From an uncultured archaeon (GTDB lineage Archaea; Asgardarchaeota; Lokiarchaeia; Sigyniarchaeales; SOKP01): a DNA stretch of 33,993 bases. The notes beneath the pieces were generated by a model. It made no database searches. It was not told the DNA's origin and saw only the letters and a list, made by a program, of their open reading frames with translations. The position numbers and the translations under genes were made by a program. Positions 1 to 7,555 of this stretch are shown here, one piece after another. Where the stretch lies: assembly GCA_964388035.1 (NCBI GenBank), contig CAYLZE010000041.1:7275-41267 (forward strand). The letters are read 5' to 3'. The first letter of the stretch is position 1. Each line of letters begins with the position of its first letter.

Positions 1-62
1 GCTCCAGTTGTTATCTTTTTAATTGTACCAAGTAATTGATTTCGCGCACTTATTTTTGGCAT
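1..62 (-). CDS. TOBE/molybdate-binding (Mop/molbindin-like) protein, 5' part only (runs off window)
   Basis: Not in ORF track. Minus strand from ATG at 62 reads MPKISARNQLLGTIKKITTG, matching the ISARNQL.G.I N-terminal signature of Mop/TOBE domains. Confidence 0.75.
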   Translation of the reverse strand, partial: MPKISARNQLLGTIKKITTG

Positions 63-288
63 ATTCTTCAAATATCTTCTCAAATATTTAACTACTTGTA
101 CTTTAAAATATTAATAGAAATTCGAATGAAGCTAAAGATCATTAAAGAAATAACCTCTACATGTTGAAATCTAGTTTAATAGATAAATGCGATATAAAAT
201 AATCACTAATGAGAGAAAACTTATATTAAATCGATTGAAATTACATGAATGATTGCTTGTTTAAATAAATACTCAAATAACTTATAAT

Positions 289-708
289 TTACTTTTTAAG
301 AATTGGACAAAAGCATTTCTCGGAATTAAGAATTGCCTCCCCGCAAGGGCACTTCACAGGATGGTTGAAAATTTCACAAATTTTATTGATCGTCTCGCAA
401 GAAAGTAACAAATTTACTTTTTTAGCTTCCTCATGGGCTTTTTCAGCATCCATGTGAAGAGTTTCATGTAATAGAACCTCGAATAATTGAGAATGACGAA
501 TTAGTTCGATGGCTAGTTCTTTTCCTGATGCTGTTAACTTCACATTTTTATAAGGTTCATATTTAACGTTACCAGTTTCTTCCAATCGCTTGATACAACT
601 TCCAATAGTAGAATGTGGATAATTTATAGATTTTGCAATTTCTCCTACTTTTAATTCTTTTCCTTGCCTATAAAGGAATTCGAGAACTTCATAATCTAAT
701 TCTTGCAT
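289..708 (-). CDS. DtxR/MntR-family metal-dependent transcriptional repressor
   Basis: wHTH (VGEIAKSINYPHSTIGSCIKRLEETGNVKYEPY..VKLT..G), dimerisation/metal region (RHSQLFEVLL, AHEEA), C-terminal P.KCPCGEAI. Divergent from a metal ABC binding protein. Confidence 0.9.
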   Translation of the reverse strand: MQELDYEVLEFLYRQGKELKVGEIAKSINYPHSTIGSCIKRLEETGNVKYEPYKNVKLTASGKELAIELIRHSQLFEVLLHETLHMDAEKAHEEAKKVNLLLSCETINKICEIFNHPVKCPCGEAILNSEKCFCPILKK

Positions 709-797
709 GATGATTTTAGTAAGAATAATAAATTTATTTTTTAAGATTATGATACTAATTATTGATATTTAAACTAAGATTTTTAATTTTTTGCTTT

Positions 798-813
798 TTA
801 CGATAGATCGTAA
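798..813. promoter_or_regulatory. Palindromic operator copy 1 (TTACGATAGATCGTAA)
   Basis: Inverted repeat TTACGA-N4-TCGTAA between the repressor and the binding-protein gene. Motif recurs at 849 and 3919. Confidence 0.75.
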
Positions 814-848
814 CTTTTTTATTGATCTATATTTTATACAAGATTAAA

Positions 849-864
849 TTACGAATAATCGTAA
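849..864. promoter_or_regulatory. Palindromic operator copy 2 (TTACGAATAATCGTAA)
   Basis: Arms extend to aaaTTACGA/TCGTAAttt. Lies just downstream of a TATA-like TTTATA (833-838) and 15 bp before the ORF start. Confidence 0.75.
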
Positions 865-879
865 TTTCTCTATCAACAA

Positions 880-1989
880 GTGATAAAGATGAAATTTAAA
901 AAATTAACTGTCCTTTTTTTAATGTCGTGCTTTCTTTTTATTTTATCCGATGAATTCATCAAGGATAATGCTTCTGAAGTTAGGGCACAAACAGATAAGC
1001 CAAAGATCGTATGTTATTTTTCGATTACTGAAGATTGGACAAAAAATATGGTAGGGGATACGTGCGAAGTAGTTTCATTAGTCACGGGTTCACAAGATGT
1101 CCATTCCTATGATCCATCCGCTGATGCCACGTTAAAGATGGATGGAGCAGCTTTATATGTGATGTTAGGGATAGATATTGAAGCTTTTGCTCAAGATATT
1201 GCTAATGCATATCCTAATGTTCCCACAGTTGTCTTAAGAGTAAGCACCTCAGAAGATCCGAAAAATGGAGTGGAACCTATAACTGATCCAGTATGGACAT
1301 ATCCCGATGGGTCTCATCCCACAAATGAGCACTTTTGGATGAGCCCTCGTTATGCCATCAAATTTTGCAGGAGGTTAGCAGAAGGTATCAAAACTTACAT
1401 TGGACCCTTTGAAGGTTCAGATTATAATAATTTCGTCGAGCAAAACTTAAATATTTATGTTTCAAAATTAAGTTCAGAATTAGGAATATTACATGGATAT
1501 CGTAAAACAGAACCTATAAAAAGCATGAAAGTGTGTGAATATCATCCCGCATTCATGTACTTCTTTCAAGATTTAGGCGTTGATAGGGTTGCGGTAATTG
1601 AGCAACAGGAAGGGAACACGGTAAGTGCGGCTCATTTGCAGGAAGTTGAGAATGTCGTGAATTCTTCTGTCATTGTTATATATAATCCACAAGAAGAATC
1701 AGGGAAGTCACTTGCAGAACAAGTAGCAAGGGATACTGATGCAAATATTACTTGGTTAACCCCCTTAATACCCGTGGCGACCCCTTCAGAAGTAGTAGAT
1801 CGCTATGGCTCCCAAATAGATACATACTTGGAAATGCTTGATTTTGATATATATCAATTAGAACATTCCACAGTAGCTTCCCCTGAAACCATTTCGGGAT
1901 ATTTTGTCATATCTATAATTTTACCGTTGATGTTTGCTGCAATAGTTATAATCTTCCGATTTAAGAAAAGTACTAGTAAAGATACTTAA
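880..1989 (+). CDS. Zn/Mn ABC transporter substrate-binding protein (ZnuA/TroA family) with C-terminal sorting/anchor signal
   Basis: Signal peptide; metal-site His motifs DVHSYDP, NEHFWMSP, YHPAF; C-terminal ISGY + hydrophobic helix + basic tail. True start may be ATG 889. Confidence 0.9.
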   Translation: MIKMKFKKLTVLFLMSCFLFILSDEFIKDNASEVRAQTDKPKIVCYFSITEDWTKNMVGDTCEVVSLVTGSQDVHSYDPSADATLKMDGAALYVMLGIDIEAFAQDIANAYPNVPTVVLRVSTSEDPKNGVEPITDPVWTYPDGSHPTNEHFWMSPRYAIKFCRRLAEGIKTYIGPFEGSDYNNFVEQNLNIYVSKLSSELGILHGYRKTEPIKSMKVCEYHPAFMYFFQDLGVDRVAVIEQQEGNTVSAAHLQEVENVVNSSVIVIYNPQEESGKSLAEQVARDTDANITWLTPLIPVATPSEVVDRYGSQIDTYLEMLDFDIYQLEHSTVASPETISGYFVISIILPLMFAAIVIIFRFKKSTSKDT

Positions 1990-2086
1990 CAAAGACGTGA
2001 GATAAAAACCCAACAATTAAATATATTGTTATAAAAAACCTATTTTTTCTTTTATTAAATTATTTTATTAGAAAAAGTCGCAATTT

Positions 2087-2827
2087 TTAACTAAAGAATG
2101 TTTTGCGGATTATTTTATCTACTTCGGGATTAGAAGGAGGACCATCATATACAATAGCTTTATTCATTATAAGAAATCGCCCAACATCTATACGCATTAG
2201 TTCAAGATTATGATTGATCGATAGTATGGTTAAATCCCGCGTTTGATGCAGATTTGTAATGATATCCATGATTTCCTTGGTAATTTTAAAATCCAGATTG
2301 CTTGTTGGTTCATCTAATAGCAATATCTCCGGTTCTCTTACAAGTGCCCGGACTATGAGTGCTTTTTGCTGCTGCCCTCCACTTAAATGACCAATAGGAC
2401 GTCTTCTCTGTTCCCACATTCCAACAGCTTTTAACTCTTCTTCCACGATTTTTTGATCCATTTCACTTATTTTCTTTCCATAACCATTTAATCCAAAGCG
2501 TCCCATCATGGCAACATCCTCAACAGATGCAGGAAAGAAAGGATCAATTTGATGAGCTTGAGGAACATAAGCGATTTTTTTTAGTATATCTCCATGATTA
2601 TCATTTATGGGGGTTCCATAGATAGACACTTGTCCTTCTATTGGTTTAATTAAACCAAGAATTGTTTTTAGCAAAGTAGTTTTACCAGAACCGTTTGGAC
2701 CAGCAATTCCAATATATTCACCCTTTGTAATATCGAGATTAATTTCCCATAATGCTAAAACATCGCGATATGCTACCGTAACCCCATTCAAGCAAATTAC
2801 ATCTCCTTCTTTACAAGAATTAGCCAA
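2087..2827 (-). CDS. Metal ABC transporter ATP-binding protein (ZnuC/MntA-like)
   Basis: Walker A GPNGSGKTT, Q-loop YVPQ, signature LSGGQQQ, Walker B LLLDEPT, H-loop; SD-like GAAGGTG before the TTG start. Confidence 0.95.
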   Translation of the reverse strand: MANSCKEGDVICLNGVTVAYRDVLALWEINLDITKGEYIGIAGPNGSGKTTLLKTILGLIKPIEGQVSIYGTPINDNHGDILKKIAYVPQAHQIDPFFPASVEDVAMMGRFGLNGYGKKISEMDQKIVEEELKAVGMWEQRRRPIGHLSGGQQQKALIVRALVREPEILLLDEPTSNLDFKITKEIMDIITNLHQTRDLTILSINHNLELMRIDVGRFLIMNKAIVYDGPPSNPEVDKIIRKTFFS

Positions 2828-2843
2828 GATTTAACACCTTCTT

Positions 2844-3899
2844 TCACTTTCTTCTTCTTTTTTTTTTTTTTGAATCTTCCGTGCCTAAAATTGGTCTATG
2901 CCCCTTCCATTCGTGTATTTCAGGATTTTTTTTCAAATCTACTTTCAATACAATTCCTCTTTCATCTTTGGTATGATAATGAGGCACATCAACACCAATC
3001 TCATGTTCAACTAATTCTTGCTTTTCTTCGACTTGGCAAAATTTGCATTCCGTAGGATTTAGTTGGCTGGCTTTTCTTTTGGGAGAAAGAATATAGGAAA
3101 TTGTAAACATTGCAGTGGCGATCAAAACAATAGAAGGTCCACCAGGCAAAATAAATAGATAAGAAAACATTATCCCAAAAAATCCAGAAATCACTCCAAA
3201 AGAGGAGGCAAGGATTAACATCTTTTTAAAATCAAATGTCCACATGTAAGCCGCCGCTGAGGGCATGATAAACATTGCAAAGACTAAAATGGCTCCTATT
3301 GCATTGAGTGAAATGGTAATTATTGCTCCTACGAGGATAAGAAATAGATAATTAAATTGTTGTACGGGTAATCCCGAAACTTGAGCCATTTCTTGGTCAA
3401 ATACGATAAATTTGTATTCATTTCTAAAATAGAGGATAATTGCCAAAACAATAAGCCCCACTACTACCATTATAATTAATTGAGTATCGCTTATCAATAA
3501 AATTGCTCCGAATAAAATCGAGGAAACACTTGAAGCAAATTCCGACATGAAACTTAGGATGATAATCCCGATACCCATCATCCCTGAAAAGATGATTCCG
3601 ATGACTATGTCTTCATTCAAGATTTTTTTCTGATTCACGTACCCAACTGTAAGCGCGCTTGCTTCAGAAAATGCAAAAATAAAGAATAAAGGATTTATAC
3701 TTCCAAGTAAAATGCCTAATGCAGCACCAGCGAATGCGGAATGAGCAACTGCTTCTCCGAGAAATATCATTTTATTTAAAATAATGTAACATCCGATAAC
3801 TGCACCAACGATTCCAATGAGAAGGGCAGCAAAAATTGAACGTAGCATCCATGTTCTATTAAATAAAAGGAAAAAATCTATTATAGATATAAATAACAT
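2844..3899 (-). CDS. Metal ABC transporter permease (ABC-3, ZnuB/MntB-like) with Cys/His-rich C-terminal extension
   Basis: GEAVAHSAFAGAALG, ILFGAIL, FDQEMAQVSGLP, GAILVFAMFIMP motifs; multiple TM helices. Confidence 0.93.
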   Translation of the reverse strand: MLFISIIDFFLLFNRTWMLRSIFAALLIGIVGAVIGCYIILNKMIFLGEAVAHSAFAGAALGILLGSINPLFFIFAFSEASALTVGYVNQKKILNEDIVIGIIFSGMMGIGIIILSFMSEFASSVSSILFGAILLISDTQLIIMVVVGLIVLAIILYFRNEYKFIVFDQEMAQVSGLPVQQFNYLFLILVGAIITISLNAIGAILVFAMFIMPSAAAYMWTFDFKKMLILASSFGVISGFFGIMFSYLFILPGGPSIVLIATAMFTISYILSPKRKASQLNPTECKFCQVEEKQELVEHEIGVDVPHYHTKDERGIVLKVDLKKNPEIHEWKGHRPILGTEDSKKKKRRRK

Positions 3900-3918
3900 G
3901 ATTTTGATAGAATTATTT

Positions 3919-3934
3919 TTACGATTTATCGTAA
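3919..3934. promoter_or_regulatory. Palindromic operator copy 3 (TTACGATTTATCGTAA)
   Basis: Extends to ttttacgat-tt-atcgtaaaa (3917-3936). Sits between a TTTATAAA TATA-like box (3950-3957) and the permease ATG. Confidence 0.75.
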
Positions 3935-4301
3935 AATAAATTAAACAACTTTATAAACCTTTTGCTCAAGAATCATGATTGAAATAAAATCTAATCAATA
4001 CATTCTAAAACCATTCTCAAAGAAATTCTTTTTTTATTATAATTTAGCAATCTGTAACATTGAAATTATCTGTAGAATTTTGATTTATTTAATGTCCTTA
4101 TAAAATTTAAAAGGATTCTAATTATTTTAGAATTAATTTTGTTCATTTATTCCATGAAATATAACAAAAATCTTTTAATTTATTAGTTCCAATTTCTTTA
4201 TTAGGATATGTGATGAAAGATATTTATGATACTTGATCTAAAAATTTTTATGTATTGATTTCTATGATCTATTCCAGTAAGAATATTTTTATAATTAGAA
4301 T

Positions 4302-5120
4302 GTGAGGTGCCTCTTACTCTTGCCTAACTCCTCTTATAAATTGAAAGTAATAAGCATAGCCACTTCAGATTCTAATAAATCCTTCTTTTTTCATAATTGT
4401 TTAGAAGTTCATGATCCCTTTTTTAGCAATTCGTTTAAAACGGTAGGAGTAAGCTTGAAAATTGCCAAATATGAAGAATCGAATGAAGAAACTCTTACAA
4501 TGGCGGTATGGGATATTAATAGTTCAAAAAGATTTGATTTTTTGTATCCCACCTTTTTTAGAGGGGCAGCGGGATGCTTATTATTCTTTAATGCCTCTAA
4601 CTATGATAAAAGCGATTCTCTGGAACAATGGATTAATAAAATTCGAGAATATACTAATTATATCCCTATTATATTGATTGGAACTTGTTTAAAGAATGGA
4701 AATGACATCGATTTAGCGGTTTTGAAAAAATATGTTGCGGAATTTAATGTTGATGATGTATATCTTCTTGAAAACAATGATATTCCTCAATGTACAACGA
4801 TTTTAAATAGTTTAGCATTAAAAATCCTTGAAAATATTGGAACCAAATTCACCATCGAAAAGCTTAAAAATCATTTATCAGCTGAAGAACGAGAACTATA
4901 TAATAAATTCATCAATAGGTTTAGTACTTGTCCTATCTGCAAGAAAAGTAATCATCTCACGTATCTTAATAGATTCTATTTTAGCAAGGTTCCGAATGTA
5001 GTCCAATTACGAAAAAGTTTATTGTCTTTATTAATTAAAATGAATGATTTCAAGTATCCAAATGAAATAGCGCTTGGAATTCCTTGTTGCAGGTGCCATG
5101 ACAAATTTTTTACTAATTAA
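4302..5120 (+). CDS. Degenerate Rab-like small GTPase domain fused to C-terminal Cys-rich (putative Zn-binding) domain
   Basis: YKLKVI..., TVGVSL, AVWD...RF..L.P.FFRGAAG.LLFF, W, IPIILIG follow the Rab layout; C-terminal CPIC...CCRCH. Confidence 0.8.
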   Translation: MRCLLLLPNSSYKLKVISIATSDSNKSFFFHNCLEVHDPFFSNSFKTVGVSLKIAKYEESNEETLTMAVWDINSSKRFDFLYPTFFRGAAGCLLFFNASNYDKSDSLEQWINKIREYTNYIPIILIGTCLKNGNDIDLAVLKKYVAEFNVDDVYLLENNDIPQCTTILNSLALKILENIGTKFTIEKLKNHLSAEERELYNKFINRFSTCPICKKSNHLTYLNRFYFSKVPNVVQLRKSLLSLLIKMNDFKYPNEIALGIPCCRCHDKFFTN

Positions 5121-5411
5121 TGGCACAACAAAAATTATTCTTCCTCATTATCTCAAAAGAAAATCGCCTTTCTTTTTCTAAAAAAGCAACTTTTAAAATG
5201 CTGATTCTCATTTTTGGAGTAGAATAATGAAAACAATATGATTAATGATCAATCCAATCATTATACTATTCATTTTAATCAATTATTAAACTAAATCATG
5301 ATTGAAATAAAAAAAAAAGAAAGCTATGGCAAAAAGTTTTAATAAGAACATGATGAAAATTATATTTATTGTAAAATAAATATTATACTTCAAACAAAAA
5401 GGGCGTAAAAA

Positions 5412-7553
5412 TTGCAAGTAATTAAAAATGATAAGTTTTCCAAGGTGATTGCGTTGGATACCGGCGGGACCATGACAGACTCTTTCATTATTGATGAAAG
5501 AGGAAGGTTTGCTGTGGGAAAAGCCATATCAACTCCTCATGACGAATCAATAGGAATCTTAAATTCAATAGGAGATTCTCTGGGACGATGGGAAGAAACG
5601 CTTGAAGAAACGGGAAATACTGTGGAAGCATTGGTATATTCAGGTACGGCAATGCTAAATCGGCTTTTAGAACGTGAGGGGAATAGCAATATTGGTGTAA
5701 TCGTGAATGCTGGATTTGAAGATTTACATCGCTTTGGAAGGGGTCTTCAGTGTTGGATATATTTGGATTATGGAGGTCGCTTGCATGCCAGAGAACACGA
5801 ACATCAGGAACCTTTAGTTCCTAAAAAGCAAATTCGCGGAGTCCGGGGAAGAATAAATTTTTGGGGAGAAGAAATCATCCCCCTCTATAAAGAGGAAGCT
5901 AAAAAGGCCTTAGAAGAACTAATTGATTTAGGAGTGGAAAGCATCGTTGTTTGCTTATTGTGCTCTTACATGAATAATCGCCATGAAAAACAAATTGCTC
6001 GCATGGCAAAAAAAATCATGAAAGAAAAAGGAAAAGACATTCCCGTTATATTATCTTCAGAACATAATCCTGTAAGGGGCGAAACTCCGAGGCTTAATGC
6101 TCTAATTATAGAACAATATGCCGCTGAACCTTCTAGAAAGCAAATGATAAAAATATCAGAAAAGCTTAAGGAAAAGGGAGTTCCGGCACCCTTGCGAATT
6201 CTCACTTCTTATGGAGGTACTATTTCCCCATATCATAAAACATTGATAACAACGATGGTATCCGGTCCGATTGGAGGAACGATTGGTACCCGATTTCTTG
6301 CTAAAGAATACGGAATTAAAAATCTTGTATCTTCCGATGTGGGGGGCACGAGCTTTGATGTGGGCTTGACCATGGAAAAATATGTTCCCACCAAATGGGA
6401 GAGCTCATTAGGTAGATTCATTCTTAACATTCCAATGATCGCATTGGATTCAATAGGAGCAGGAACGGGAATGTATGTAAATTATAATGACGTTTCGAGA
6501 CGACTCGAATTTGGACCCGAAAGTGCGGGATATTTAATCGGTGTATGTAATGAAAAATCAGGAGTAGAAACAGTAACCATGACAGATTGTAGTCTAATCT
6601 TAGGCTACTTAAATCCTGATTACTTTCTGGGAGGAAAAGTTCCTTTAAATAAAAATCGGGCTTTTAAAAGTATTGAAGAACAATTAGCAGAACCGTTAAA
6701 TACCGATCCCTACGGAACTGCCCGCGGAGCCTTAGATTTAATCGAAATGGACATGAAAAACCACTTAATGGGAATGATCCAAGGATTAGGATTCAGACCC
6801 GAAAATTATACTCTAATTTCATTTGGAGGGGGAGGTCCTTTACATGTTGCAGGATATAGCAGGGATATGAATTTTGAAGATATCCTCATTCCTGAATGGG
6901 CAGCAGCTTTTTCTGCATTTGGATGTGCTTGTGCGGATCATGCTTATCGTCATGAGAAATCGGTAGATTTAGTTCTCCCACCTAATGGGAGCATGAATGA
7001 AGCTGTCGCCATGGTTCTCAACGCCACATGGGGGCAACTAAAAAAAGATATCTCAAAAGAGTTTGAAAAAGAAGGGAGAAATCCTGATGAAATGGAATTT
7101 TTCCCTAGCTTGAAATTGCAATATTTCGGAATGTTGGATGATTTGGAAATTGAATCTCCCATTGCAGAAGTAAAATCTAATCAATTAAATGTTTTGACGG
7201 ATCGTTACGATACTCTTTTTGAGAACATCTATAAGAGAGGGACTAAGAGTCCAGAGTTAGGGTACCACATAACTAAGGCAATCGCCACCGGAGTTGTTCC
7301 GGTTCCGAAGCCAGTTCTTCCTGAATATGAGTTGCAGGGAAAAGAGCCATTGGAAAATGCATCAAAAGGAAATCGTGAGATTTATTGGGGAGGAAGTTGG
7401 CATGAAGCTTCATTATGGGAAATGGATTTGCTGAAATCGGGCAACATCGTTTATGGTCCAGCAGTCATTGAGGCACCTGCAACAACTCTTCTGGTACCCC
7501 CCGGATATAAAGTAGAATTGGACAAACACAGAATATTTCACATGGAGGTATAA
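5412..7553 (+). CDS. acxA: Acetone carboxylase beta subunit (hydantoinase/oxoprolinase A family)
   Basis: DTGGTMTD, SGPIGG, DVGGTSFD, GAGTG, GGGGPLH, WAAAFSAFG, GPAVIE motifs; YSGTAMLNRL and RLHAREH resemble AcxA; followed by alpha and gamma genes. Confidence 0.88.
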   Translation: MQVIKNDKFSKVIALDTGGTMTDSFIIDERGRFAVGKAISTPHDESIGILNSIGDSLGRWEETLEETGNTVEALVYSGTAMLNRLLEREGNSNIGVIVNAGFEDLHRFGRGLQCWIYLDYGGRLHAREHEHQEPLVPKKQIRGVRGRINFWGEEIIPLYKEEAKKALEELIDLGVESIVVCLLCSYMNNRHEKQIARMAKKIMKEKGKDIPVILSSEHNPVRGETPRLNALIIEQYAAEPSRKQMIKISEKLKEKGVPAPLRILTSYGGTISPYHKTLITTMVSGPIGGTIGTRFLAKEYGIKNLVSSDVGGTSFDVGLTMEKYVPTKWESSLGRFILNIPMIALDSIGAGTGMYVNYNDVSRRLEFGPESAGYLIGVCNEKSGVETVTMTDCSLILGYLNPDYFLGGKVPLNKNRAFKSIEEQLAEPLNTDPYGTARGALDLIEMDMKNHLMGMIQGLGFRPENYTLISFGGGGPLHVAGYSRDMNFEDILIPEWAAAFSAFGCACADHAYRHEKSVDLVLPPNGSMNEAVAMVLNATWGQLKKDISKEFEKEGRNPDEMEFFPSLKLQYFGMLDDLEIESPIAEVKSNQLNVLTDRYDTLFENIYKRGTKSPELGYHITKAIATGVVPVPKPVLPEYELQGKEPLENASKGNREIYWGGSWHEASLWEMDLLKSGNIVYGPAVIEAPATTLLVPPGYKVELDKHRIFHMEV

Positions 7554-7555
7554 TT

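Noticed and set aside
2858-2871. 14-nt T tract as a phase-variation site
   Set aside because: It lies in the last codons of the permease (poly-Lys tail), so slippage would change little; long A/T runs are common throughout the window.
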